From a candidate division WOR-3 bacterium (GTDB lineage Bacteria; Hydrothermota; 32-111): a stretch of 64,000 bases of DNA. Made by a program: the position numbers and the translations under genes. Under the pieces are notes generated by a model. The model was given only the letters and a program-made list of their open reading frames with translations, ran no database searches and had not been told where the DNA came from. Within the stretch, counting starts at the first letter, position 1. Each line of letters opens with the position of its first letter. The stretch is from positions 928,001 through 992,000 of the forward strand of contig JBDRZU010000001.1 of NCBI GenBank assembly GCA_039804105.1, in the 5' to 3' direction. Below, in pieces: positions 39,907 to 49,484 of the stretch.

Positions 39907-40552
39907 AGATCTCTCCCATTATTTTTACAGAGTTTGAACTTCCTATCCTTGAAGCACCATTATTTATCATTTCAACAGCTGTTTTAAGATCCCTGATTCC
40001 ACCACTTGCTTTTATCTTTATCCTATTATCACCAAGATTTTTAAAAAGTTTTATATCTTCAATTTTTGCTCCAGATGTTGAAAATCCTGTTGAAGTTTTG
40101 ATAAAATCAGCTTTACTTTCGATAAGAATCTCTAAAATCTTTTTCTTTTCTTCTTGATCAAGCAAACATGTTTCAACGATAACTTTCAGTATTCTATCGC
40201 CACATATGTTTTTTATTTTCTTTACCTCATTCAATATATGATCATATTTTTTTGACTTCATATAACCTATATTCATAACCATATCAATCTCATCTGCACC
40301 AAGATCAAAAGATCTTTTAGTTTCATAAAGTTTTGTTTCGATGTCCGTTGCACCAAGTGGAAAACCAACAACAGTACAAACTTTTACATCACTCTCTTTA
40401 AGGATACTCTTTGCATATTCAATATAACTTTGGTTCACACATACTGAGAAAAACTTAAAATTTTTTGCCTCCTCACACAATCGTCTGATATCTTCAAAAG
40501 TTGCCTCAGGTTTCAAAAGTGTATGATCAATGTACCTGTTTAAATCTTTCAT
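39884..40552 (-). CDS. deoC: Deoxyribose-phosphate aldolase
   Basis: IDHTLLKP, GFPLG, EIDMV, FIKTSTG and KASGGIR motifs. Confidence 0.96.
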   Translation of the reverse strand: MKDLNRYIDHTLLKPEATFEDIRRLCEEAKNFKFFSVCVNQSYIEYAKSILKESDVKVCTVVGFPLGATDIETKLYETKRSFDLGADEIDMVMNIGYMKSKKYDHILNEVKKIKNICGDRILKVIVETCLLDQEEKKKILEILIESKADFIKTSTGFSTSGAKIEDIKLFKNLGDNRIKIKASGGIRDLKTAVEMINNGASRIGSSNSVKIMGEIYESSRDY

Positions 40553-41451
40553 CTTTCGACTCCTTCAACCTTCACTATATTACCATTCAAAAAATACCAG
40601 ATATTATAATATCCTGGTTTTTTCAATATCTCAATGATTATCATCCCATCATAATTCTTATTATATTTTAGATTTCCACTTACAAATAAAACAGCATCTT
40701 TGTTTTCATCAACAGGATTAATTAAAACTTTACCATATCTGAACAAACTTTCCTTATCCTCAGGATAGAATCTATTGTTCTCATGAAATTCCTGTAACAT
40801 CTTTTTTGCTTTTTTAGCGTTGAATTTAATCTCCATTTCAATATCTTTTTTAAAATCAAAATCTCTAAATTGAACGAAAAGAGGTGTGTAATAATCTGTG
40901 AATTCACCTTCAAGACCATCCTCTCTACTTTTTAAAATAGCGATGCCAAATCCTTTATCAATAAAATAACAGGAATATAAATCGATCACCTTTCCACGAA
41001 CAACATCCTTTGTTATCTCTTTTTCTTTAAGAACACTTTTAAAATTATATGCTCCGAATTCATTTTTCTCCTTTTGATATTCAACTTTAATGCTGATTGG
41101 AAGATCGTTACTCAAAATAAAACTATCACCTACCATTTCACCTGAAAACCTCAAATAATCTCTTCCATTTTTAAAATTTAAAATTTCACCATATTTATCA
41201 AAAAAGATTTTTTTTATATCTTTTAGGTCTTTATAATCTCCCTCCTGCCTTGAAAATTTCAAAAACAGTGAAATCTTTTTTGTTTCAAGAGAGAAAACCT
41301 TAAGCTCTGTGAAAACATCACCCATTTGGTCGATTATTTCATAATAAAAAGCAAAATGTTTCCCATCGTCAGAAAATCCAATAATCTGCGGTTCTGAACA
41401 TAATATTGATATTGAAAAAACAATCATTAAAACAACAAAAAAAATTTTCAT
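40549..41451 (-). CDS. Secreted hypothetical protein (DUF2259-like N-terminus)
   Basis: Signal peptide; GFSDDGKHFAF motif; coupled to neighbouring genes. Confidence 0.55.
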   Translation of the reverse strand: MKIFFVVLMIVFSISILCSEPQIIGFSDDGKHFAFYYEIIDQMGDVFTELKVFSLETKKISLFLKFSRQEGDYKDLKDIKKIFFDKYGEILNFKNGRDYLRFSGEMVGDSFILSNDLPISIKVEYQKEKNEFGAYNFKSVLKEKEITKDVVRGKVIDLYSCYFIDKGFGIAILKSREDGLEGEFTDYYTPLFVQFRDFDFKKDIEMEIKFNAKKAKKMLQEFHENNRFYPEDKESLFRYGKVLINPVDENKDAVLFVSGNLKYNKNYDGMIIIEILKKPGYYNIWYFLNGNIVKVEGVER

Positions 41452-42752
41452 TTTATTCTCCTTATTACAATTTTACCTGAAATATTTTTCAATAATACCT
41501 CCTGGGGAGGAAAACCTGAAGAGATCTCAATGTGCGAAGGGTCCACTTCAAACTGTTTGAATGTTGGATCAACAGTATAAATAGTTCCTTTGTAAAAAAC
41601 ATTGTTCCAAGCATGGTACAAAAATTCTCCCTCTGAAAAAACTATTCCAGAAACAACGTTGACCCTAACATTTTTTGAGATCAGTATTGAAGCAAAAAGT
41701 TGAGCATGTTCTGTGCAATCACCATAAGAGTTTTTTAAAATCTGTGATGGAGTTAAAAGTCCAGAAAATATTTTTTTTCTCAACTTTTTGTTTACAAACT
41801 CCATGCTCTTCTTTATGAAAGTAAGGGTATCATGTTTACTTTTGTTAAACAGTTCGTTGGCAACAAGAATGATAGAACTATCTGGTAAAAGGTAAAACGA
41901 GTCATTAACATCTTCAAAACCTCTATTTGATATTGCTCTTCTAAAAACTTCTAATGTATCCTTTCTGTGTATCTGTCTATAATTTGAAAGATTTTTATCT
42001 TTAATTCCATCAACAATATATTTTGCATAATTTTCCTTTCTTATATTTCGAAAGTTACCTTTGGCTTCAATTTTAAAATAGTCCAGAATGTTAAAATCTT
42101 CTTGTGGTTCCTCAACCTTTTTAGCCAATACCATCTCAATTCCCTGATCATTTGATGATTTCACACATTTGTTATCATTATCAAACCAGAGATAAAATGT
42201 TGAACTTTCTGTTTTTAAAAGATATTTTGATGTAATTACTTTCTTTTCGAGTACTTCAAGAGATTCATTTCCTAAAAATTTTATATCAATCTTTTCAAGT
42301 TTCATATTCAATGGATTAAATGTGAAAATATTCTCCTTTAAAATTTTTTTATCAATAGTTTCAATGTTGAATACTATTTTTTTACCTTTTAAATCAATTG
42401 TATCAGTTCTATCTTTTCCTGAAAGATCAGTTTTTATTATCAATTTTTCATTCTCGACAAAACCGTTCATATAAAAGGAAATATCTTTACTATTTATTCC
42501 CGAAAAAAATTTTTTAATATTCCAATCTTTATCAAAAAAGGATACAGAATTTGAAAATATTTCAACATCGTTACCATATACTTTGAACTTCATTTTACTT
42601 TTTTCCTCTAATTTTAATATATTATCAAGAACAGTCTTTTCCTCAATAAAATATCCTATTTTTTTTCCTCCAATAAAAACATCCATAATCCTTTGTTCAG
42701 AAAAAAGTCCAATATAAAAGTTTATCAAAAGTAGGAAAATATATCTTTTCAT
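41448..42752 (-). CDS. Transglutaminase-like domain protein
   Basis: GDCTEHA, YHAWN and VDPT motifs; signal peptide. Confidence 0.85.
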   Translation of the reverse strand: MKRYIFLLLINFYIGLFSEQRIMDVFIGGKKIGYFIEEKTVLDNILKLEEKSKMKFKVYGNDVEIFSNSVSFFDKDWNIKKFFSGINSKDISFYMNGFVENEKLIIKTDLSGKDRTDTIDLKGKKIVFNIETIDKKILKENIFTFNPLNMKLEKIDIKFLGNESLEVLEKKVITSKYLLKTESSTFYLWFDNDNKCVKSSNDQGIEMVLAKKVEEPQEDFNILDYFKIEAKGNFRNIRKENYAKYIVDGIKDKNLSNYRQIHRKDTLEVFRRAISNRGFEDVNDSFYLLPDSSIILVANELFNKSKHDTLTFIKKSMEFVNKKLRKKIFSGLLTPSQILKNSYGDCTEHAQLFASILISKNVRVNVVSGIVFSEGEFLYHAWNNVFYKGTIYTVDPTFKQFEVDPSHIEISSGFPPQEVLLKNISGKIVIRRIK

Positions 42753-45700
42753 TTTTTTACTATCTTTAAATTTTTAAAATACCTTTTTCCTTCTGAAAAA
42801 TCATTTATATCAATGCTTAGAAGATAAACTCCAGGCAGCAGTTTTCTTTTATTTTTAATGTCAACAAGAATACTGTTAAAACCTGATTTAAAATTTTCCT
42901 TTCCCACATCCAGAATATTACCTTTATCGTTAAAAATTTTATAAGTTAAAAAACCTGAAGAGTTCGAGTTAAATGTTATGTAAAAATTATCATTAAAAGG
43001 ATTCGGATAAACCAGAATATTTTTCGTCAGATTCGTCTGCGGATGTTTGATAAATACGGTTTTTTCATATTTTTTCAGATTGTTATCAAAAACAACAACC
43101 TTTAAAGTATCGATCATAGAATAGGCACTATCTATAAAAATTTCTGTCTTAAAAGTATCCTCTACAACTATAAAATTGTTAACAATTATCTTTTTATCCT
43201 GATTGATATTAACAGATGGTTTAAAACCTGTTATGTTTGCAAGGTATATTCCCTTTTTTGACACAAACTCTATTCCAAGTTTGTATTTTTCTGATGCCAG
43301 AACAGTATCAAAAACTTCTATTCCATTCACCTTTACAATAAGTTCACTCATTGAAAAGGATGTATCTTTTTCAATTTTATAAAAGACTTTTTTGACTTTT
43401 GAATGGATAAAACTATCATCTTCAAAAATCGAAACAATGTTCAACCTTGAAAGATATTTTTTGTTTTCAAATGTATCGGGTAATATAACTTCAAATATTC
43501 TTTCTTTTTTATTGTCTGACATTCTTCTCATTATTCCATCATCTTTAACATAATAGATGTAAGCGTATGGATAGGTATGCAGATAATCGTGTGAATCAAC
43601 ATAAAAAGGTTGATATATATCAAGAAAAACTTTTTCATCGTTTTTATAATTGTATGAAAATCCTATGTTACAATTTGTTCCAAGTGTTACCGTATCCTGT
43701 GAAATTATATCTATATCATATTTATATTTTTTTATAACCATCGAAGGATCACCAAAGAGTTGATGTGATGTATAGGTATAGTTATTTTTGTTTATCATAG
43801 CAAGGTAATATTCACCAACAGTTTTATATCCTCCATAAAGAAAGAGGTCATATACAAAAGACAGATAAAGAATATTTCTGTTTTCATCAGCACCTGTTGC
43901 CCTCGTTGCAGCAATCGTAGCAGAGAATCCTGAGTAGGGAAGGATTTGAAAATCTCCGGCTATACAACCATAATCGTTATCGAATTGTCCGGCCTGACAT
44001 GTTCCAAAAAGAAATATGGGGTATTTGTAAATGTTATCAAAAAGATCAAGATCTGTCGGATACTCTAAAAAATGTTCATGTGTTAAAGAATAGTATGAAC
44101 CGTGCCCATAAAAGAACCCGAAATTTACTCCTCTCGAAAGAATATCTTTCAATACAAATCTGACATCCCTTTTAAACCCGGGATTGTATGGCCAGTGTTC
44201 TGTCTTTTCAAGATCACCTTTGTAATCTGTAAGATATAATTTTTCTATCGCAAAAATATTTCCCAAAAGATTTGAAAGTTCTTCACTCGCATTTATAAAA
44301 CTTATATCGTTAAAATCACTCGTCAACCTTGAACTGTATTCATCATCAGATATCATAACGCTTCTACTCTTTATATAGGTTGGAGTTTTTGTTTCATAGT
44401 CGATAATCTTGTTCAAGGCATAATACGCCTGATCTTTTGTATAGACGGTTATTCTCCCAGGTATAAGATCAATATAGTTATCCCCATCAAGAAGTGTATA
44501 CCATCTGTCAACACATTCTGATCTATAGGAGGTAAGAAGAGCAAGTTTATATACACCATATCCGGTCTCATAAACTGGAACAACACTCCTGTTTTCAAAA
44601 GTGTTCAAACGGTTTTTATAATCGAATGAACCTGAACCAAGAAGAAGAAGATAATTCGGAAATTTAGCCCATTTTTTTTGAGCATAATAAAGAAAAGACT
44701 TTATTGATGTTGGAGTCCTCATACCAAATGAAAAAGCATTATCTATCTGATCGAATTCAAAAACTTTTACACTTAAACCGTTTTTCTTTCGATACTGTAC
44801 ATAAGAATTAACACTGTTTTTATAACCTTTTCCAGTTATCACAAGTATGTCACATCCATCATTAAAATCAAAAACAGTTGAGCAATCGACATATTCAAAT
44901 TGATCAACCTTTTTCAGGTTTTTTGAAAAGCAGATTTCATCTGAGTTAAAAGTTTTTATATTAACCTGCTTATTTTTTTCTAATTTTCCCAAAAAGGAAT
45001 TTTGAGCAGAAGAAAGAAAACAAAAAAGATTTTCTTGAGGTTTTACAGTTAAAATTTCTTTTTGATTATTTTCAATTTTTAAATCTTCATCACCACCAAG
45101 AAACGCTTTATACTCAGGTTCTATGGAACAGAGATAAAACACTTTATTTTTATTATCTGTATTGACAGGTATTATCCTTATAGAATTCTCTTTTTGAAAA
45201 TTAGTAACATCAAATGAAAAACTTTTGGGAATCGTAGTATAAGCCCCCCTTGCAGAAGCTCTTCCAATAATCTTTCCATTAAGTTCAATATCGATGTCAA
45301 AAGTATCATTAAGATCTGTTTGAAAGAAAAATGAAACAAAAAGTTTTCCAGTAGAATCAGCTAAATTGTTTAACTTAAAATTCCAGAGATAATCCTGTTG
45401 ATCAGTTGAATCTTTATACACGGAAAACTCTCTCCATGCCCAACCATAACCAGCCATTAAAGGATTTATCGAATCATATCTGAAAGTGATTAAAACATTT
45501 GCAAAAGAATCACCCTTTACACTGTCGTATTCAAGATTACTTATTTCAATGAAATTTGAATCATTAAAAACTAGAATGTACTGGTTATAATCAGTAAAAG
45601 GATTATTAAAGAGATCATACGAAAGATAAAAATTTTTCCCTTTTCCTTTGATCGAATTACCATAAAAAACAAAATATTCTCCTTTTTCAAACGAATTATC

Positions 45701-46426
45701 ATCATCACCAAAAAATTTTATGGGGACTTTTATTGGATCTTTATAGTAGAACATATTTGAGGTATCAGCAGGAAGAACGAGATTTTTTCTTCTATAGAGA
45801 CCCAAATTATTTGGAGAAACGAATTCAGGTGTCAAGCCAGCATTTTTTAGATCCGTATAATCAACCCGATATAATCCATCATCTTTTATCTCCAATTTCA
45901 GGTATGATTTTATTTTTGGTTCATCGGATTTCGAAAAGATTGAAAATTGAGAAAGAGAAACAAAATTACTGTTCACACTTGTAGAAAGCAATGGATTGTA
46001 AGATGGACTTTTAAAAAGTTGATTTTTAAACTTTATTTCTATCGATATTTTATTGTATAGTTGAAGCATTTCCTTATTGAATTTATAAACAGGAAAAATT
46101 TTCAATTGTAGAATTCTCTGCTTTGAAGCATACACAAAATGCTTTTCATACAACTTTTCGGCTTTATTTAAACCTGTAAAAAAATTTTTTCCCTCTTTTT
46201 TGCCTTCACCTTTAACATATATTTCAACATCACCTTCAGGTACATTTATATATATATTTTTGATAAGATAACCATTTTCATATTCAAAATCATAAAATGG
46301 TATTTTTTCATCAAAAGGATAATATTCGACTTTTGCACTTTTTTCATCAACATTGCTGATAATCTTTGAAAAAATTATAACGCAGTATAAGAAAATAAAA
46401 ACCAATATAAAAGTTTTACTTTTCAT
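42749..46426 (-). CDS. C25 (gingipain-family) peptidase, PorU/sortase-like, with T9SS CTD
   Basis: DGLYRV, YFVFYG, YLLLLG.GSFDY, PGRI, YGHGS (His), GTCQAGQFD (Cys) and LFGDP motifs; YPNPF..PGVYLL..KIVKK. Confidence 0.88.
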   Translation of the reverse strand: MKSKTFILVFIFLYCVIIFSKIISNVDEKSAKVEYYPFDEKIPFYDFEYENGYLIKNIYINVPEGDVEIYVKGEGKKEGKNFFTGLNKAEKLYEKHFVYASKQRILQLKIFPVYKFNKEMLQLYNKISIEIKFKNQLFKSPSYNPLLSTSVNSNFVSLSQFSIFSKSDEPKIKSYLKLEIKDDGLYRVDYTDLKNAGLTPEFVSPNNLGLYRRKNLVLPADTSNMFYYKDPIKVPIKFFGDDDNSFEKGEYFVFYGNSIKGKGKNFYLSYDLFNNPFTDYNQYILVFNDSNFIEISNLEYDSVKGDSFANVLITFRYDSINPLMAGYGWAWREFSVYKDSTDQQDYLWNFKLNNLADSTGKLFVSFFFQTDLNDTFDIDIELNGKIIGRASARGAYTTIPKSFSFDVTNFQKENSIRIIPVNTDNKNKVFYLCSIEPEYKAFLGGDEDLKIENNQKEILTVKPQENLFCFLSSAQNSFLGKLEKNKQVNIKTFNSDEICFSKNLKKVDQFEYVDCSTVFDFNDGCDILVITGKGYKNSVNSYVQYRKKNGLSVKVFEFDQIDNAFSFGMRTPTSIKSFLYYAQKKWAKFPNYLLLLGSGSFDYKNRLNTFENRSVVPVYETGYGVYKLALLTSYRSECVDRWYTLLDGDNYIDLIPGRITVYTKDQAYYALNKIIDYETKTPTYIKSRSVMISDDEYSSRLTSDFNDISFINASEELSNLLGNIFAIEKLYLTDYKGDLEKTEHWPYNPGFKRDVRFVLKDILSRGVNFGFFYGHGSYYSLTHEHFLEYPTDLDLFDNIYKYPIFLFGTCQAGQFDNDYGCIAGDFQILPYSGFSATIAATRATGADENRNILYLSFVYDLFLYGGYKTVGEYYLAMINKNNYTYTSHQLFGDPSMVIKKYKYDIDIISQDTVTLGTNCNIGFSYNYKNDEKVFLDIYQPFYVDSHDYLHTYPYAYIYYVKDDGIMRRMSDNKKERIFEVILPDTFENKKYLSRLNIVSIFEDDSFIHSKVKKVFYKIEKDTSFSMSELIVKVNGIEVFDTVLASEKYKLGIEFVSKKGIYLANITGFKPSVNINQDKKIIVNNFIVVEDTFKTEIFIDSAYSMIDTLKVVVFDNNLKKYEKTVFIKHPQTNLTKNILVYPNPFNDNFYITFNSNSSGFLTYKIFNDKGNILDVGKENFKSGFNSILVDIKNKRKLLPGVYLLSIDINDFSEGKRYFKNLKIVKK

Positions 46427-46589
46427 CAAGTTTTTTTGCTTTTTCTATCAACATTACAGGTATATTGTTTTTTATCTCAAAATATATATTATCCTTTTTA
46501 CATATAAGGATATCCCTTTCCTCATCATAGATGAGTTCTCCTTTACATTTGGGACATATTAAAATATCGAGTAATCTTTTGTCTATCAT
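46416..46589 (-). CDS. Trm112/YcaR family protein, 57 aa; absent from the ORF track
   Basis: MIDKRLLDILICPKCKGEL...LIC...IPVMLIEKA; AAGGAGG SD; overlaps both neighbours. Confidence 0.9.
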   Translation of the reverse strand: MIDKRLLDILICPKCKGELIYDEERDILICKKDNIYFEIKNNIPVMLIEKAKKLDEK

Positions 46590-47686
46590 CATTCCTCCTT
46601 AATATAAATATCTTTATAATCAAATGGCAATTTGTTGATAACCAGAATCGTTGATAGAACTTTTTCGTTCAAATCTTTTATCATCAGAATTTTGTTTATT
46701 TTCGTATACTTTGAATAAAATGAAAACTTCCCCAATTTACATACCATTTCATAATCTTCATCAAGTTCAATATCTTTAAAATTAATATTGTATAGATCAC
46801 CTTTCTTTTCAACAAAAAATTCTTTTCCATATATAGTTAAAATTTTATCCTGTTTCAAAACAGTATTTCTTAAATCAAAATTCATATAAAGGATATCGTT
46901 CCCTTCATTATCAGGTGATACATACTTGAATCTATAGAATGAAAGGGAATCCTCTAAAAGCATGTTTAAATCAAAATTATATTTTTTGATATCAAAGTTA
47001 AAATAAACTCTGTTGTTCTGAATTTTTCCAAGATCTGATTGAAGTAACCTTTCGTTCAGATTTTCAATCTCTTTTTTATTTCCATATATCTTTATATTTG
47101 TATCTAAAAATTTATTTTTATATTTAATATTTTCTATTTCTTTAAAATGTATCTCAACCTGAAAATTTTTTTTATCAACTAAAGTAACAAAGATTTTTTT
47201 CTTTTGAGAATAATAGTAAAGTAAACCATCCTGTAGATAGTTTGCAGGGTCTATTATCGCTGTATTGACTTTCACATCAAAAATGTATGCTCCATTTTCA
47301 AAAGTTTTTAATACCATTTTTTCACTATCTATTATATTTTCAATGAATAGAGGTACATCTATAATATCTTCAGTTTCTTTTATAAGATCTTTTCTCCTGA
47401 TCCATTCTTCCCCTGTAAATATATGATCATAGGAATTTTTCTGATCCAATAAATTAAAATAGCCTTTTAAAGTGAATCTGTTTAAAGGATCCTTTTCACC
47501 TTTAAAGGACAAATCTATAAATTCATCTTTTATCATGATATTGTATTCATAGGTTGATTGAAGAAGATTCTTTATTTCATTTTTGAGTGAATTTTCATTG
47601 TTCTGTAAAGTTGTTACCTTTACATCATACTTTTTCACACAAGAAAAAAAAATCAACATTAACAAGATTGAAAATAATCTTTTCAT
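46589..47686 (-). CDS. Hypothetical lipoprotein
   Basis: FFS-C lipobox; ATGA-coupled to cdd. Confidence 0.65.
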   Translation of the reverse strand: MKRLFSILLMLIFFSCVKKYDVKVTTLQNNENSLKNEIKNLLQSTYEYNIMIKDEFIDLSFKGEKDPLNRFTLKGYFNLLDQKNSYDHIFTGEEWIRRKDLIKETEDIIDVPLFIENIIDSEKMVLKTFENGAYIFDVKVNTAIIDPANYLQDGLLYYYSQKKKIFVTLVDKKNFQVEIHFKEIENIKYKNKFLDTNIKIYGNKKEIENLNERLLQSDLGKIQNNRVYFNFDIKKYNFDLNMLLEDSLSFYRFKYVSPDNEGNDILYMNFDLRNTVLKQDKILTIYGKEFFVEKKGDLYNINFKDIELDEDYEMVCKLGKFSFYSKYTKINKILMIKDLNEKVLSTILVINKLPFDYKDIYIKEE

Positions 47687-48066
47687 AGTTTAAATCTTTT
47701 GGGAAAGAGTTCACAAAATTTGAACTTTTTTCTTTCAACATTTGAAAAAAGTACAATTTCAAAATCATCATCAACAAACTCCGACATAACCTGCAAACAT
47801 GCACCACACGGTATTGGAAGAATATTAGAGTCAGCGTACACATAAATTTTTTTAAACTTTCTTTGTCCATCCGTTATTGCGTTAAAAAAAGCACTTCTTT
47901 CGGCACAAATGGTCAACGAATATGAACCGTTTTCCACATTAACTCCGTAATATTCTTTCCCTTTTTCCGATATTAATATCGATGAAACCGAAAATTTAGA
48001 ATATTTTGAATAACTCTTTTTGGAAAGTTTCTTTAACTTTAAAAATATTTTTTTTTCATCCATCAT
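47683..48066 (-). CDS. cdd: Cytidine deaminase
   Basis: YSKYSKF, GVNVEN, CAE and PCGAC motifs. Start revised to 48066. Confidence 0.93.
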   Translation of the reverse strand: MMDEKKIFLKLKKLSKKSYSKYSKFSVSSILISEKGKEYYGVNVENGSYSLTICAERSAFFNAITDGQRKFKKIYVYADSNILPIPCGACLQVMSEFVDDDFEIVLFSNVERKKFKFCELFPKRFKL

Positions 48067-48073
48067 TGTTTTT

Positions 48074-48102
48074 ATTTTATATTGGATTTTAAGATAATTC
48101 AA
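48074..48102 (-). promoter_or_regulatory. Promoter of cdd..ffh operon (leaderless geometry)
   Basis: TTGAAT, 17 nt, TAAAAT, 7 nt, ATG; no SD. Confidence 0.55.
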
Positions 48103-48121
48103 TAAGTAACTAAAAAAACTA

Positions 48122-48150
48122 TTGACAAAATTATCTATTGGATTTAATCT
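48122..48150 (+). promoter_or_regulatory. Promoter of candidate sRNA
   Basis: TTGACA, 17 nt, TAATCT, 6 nt before a GG start. Confidence 0.55.
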
Positions 48151-48156
48151 TTTATT

Positions 48157-48228
48157 GGAAGCAGGTCTAAAATTGTCGTAAACACTACACATTCAAAAAA
48201 ACGACAATCCTGCTTCCTCTTTTTTTTT
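48157..48228 (+). ncRNA. Candidate small structured RNA of unknown family
   Basis: GGAAGCAGG/CCTGCTTCC (9 bp) enclosing ATTGTCGT/ACGACAAT (8 bp); 3' T-tract; own promoter; no plus-strand ORF. Confidence 0.5.
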
Positions 48229-49483
48229 ATTCAAGCAAAATAAATTTAAAATCTTTTAAATACTTCTGAAGTGTTTTTGTAACTTTACCACTTTTCAGTT
48301 TATCGAGTTGTTTTATAAATTTGATATCGTAATCATAATCACCAAATATCAGATAATTGTAACCAAGAGCAAAACTTCGATTGGAAGTTCTTTCGTTATC
48401 CAGGAAAAAGGATGTTTGATATACATTTTTCATATCATCTATCTCTTCCTGTTTTATCCCTTCCTTTTTTACCTTTTCTATTTCATCTCTATAAAGTTTT
48501 ATAGCAGAATCAGGATAGAGTGTACTAACATAGAAAACTCCATAGTTGACCAGTTTATTCGATGCCCCAACATACGCAGCGTAAGTCAATCCATGTTTCG
48601 TTCTCAATGTCTCATAAACTCTTTTCGAAAGTATTGAAAGTCCTACTCTTACAGGGAGATATTCTTTATCTTTAACTGATGGAATTTTAAACTTGCAACC
48701 AAGATATTTTGTTTGCAAACCACCTTTTTCATATTTTAAAATAGTATCTCCTTTGCAAATATCAAATTCTTTAACACCTGTAATTTTTTCTCTTTTTCCA
48801 TCTATGAATCCAAACTCTCTCTTAAAAAATTCTCTACTATCTTTGAAAGGAACACCTGAAACGACACTTATCACAACTCTTCTGTTCGAAAGAATCTTTT
48901 TCAGATGGTTATAAAGATCCTGTTCCTTCATATTCTGAACAGTTTCAACATACCCTTCTGGATTTGAAATATATGGATGGTTTTTAAAAAAGTATTCGTT
49001 CAATTTTAAATACAACATTTCATCAGGATCCTCTTCTTTCGATTTGATCTCATCTATCATTCGATTTTTTTCCTTGTCCAGAATAGTTTCAGAAAAATCT
49101 GGTTCTCTAAAATTATCCGCAAAAATTTTTGTAACATCAAAAAGATATTTATTCAAAGTTGAAAAGGTAAAGGAAGAATAATCGTATGAATTATCATAGG
49201 ATACATTAACAAAATACTTATCCATCAGTTCATTCATCTTCGTTTCAGAATAATTTTTACCACATTTTTCTATCATCCTAAAAATTAAGTTTTCTATGCC
49301 TGATTTTTCATAATTATAGTTGGCACTTCCTCCTTCTATAAATATTGTTACTGAGGAAATATCATTCTCAGGAACATATTTATATAATAGCTCCAGATTT
49401 TTAGAAATCCTTTCCAAATAAACTTCTGAAAATGAAAAAATGAAAATCGTTATTATGAAAAAAACAAAAAATATCTTTTTCAT
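48227..49483 (-). CDS. M16 peptidase, non-catalytic subunit
   Basis: M16 fold motifs (HPY, LR.KHGLTY); no HxxEH. Confidence 0.85.
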   Translation of the reverse strand: MKKIFFVFFIITIFIFSFSEVYLERISKNLELLYKYVPENDISSVTIFIEGGSANYNYEKSGIENLIFRMIEKCGKNYSETKMNELMDKYFVNVSYDNSYDYSSFTFSTLNKYLFDVTKIFADNFREPDFSETILDKEKNRMIDEIKSKEEDPDEMLYLKLNEYFFKNHPYISNPEGYVETVQNMKEQDLYNHLKKILSNRRVVISVVSGVPFKDSREFFKREFGFIDGKREKITGVKEFDICKGDTILKYEKGGLQTKYLGCKFKIPSVKDKEYLPVRVGLSILSKRVYETLRTKHGLTYAAYVGASNKLVNYGVFYVSTLYPDSAIKLYRDEIEKVKKEGIKQEEIDDMKNVYQTSFFLDNERTSNRSFALGYNYLIFGDYDYDIKFIKQLDKLKSGKVTKTLQKYLKDFKFILLE

Positions 49484-49484
49484 C

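Noticed and set aside
48067..48192. N-terminal extension of cdd
   Set aside because: It spans promoters and the RNA hairpin, and deaminase homology starts near 48066.
48157..48217. SRP (4.5S) RNA or 6S RNA identity for the hairpin, given GGAAGCAG and ffh nearby
   Set aside because: It lacks the SRP helix-8 GNRA tetraloop and symmetric loop arrangement, and is too short for 6S RNA.
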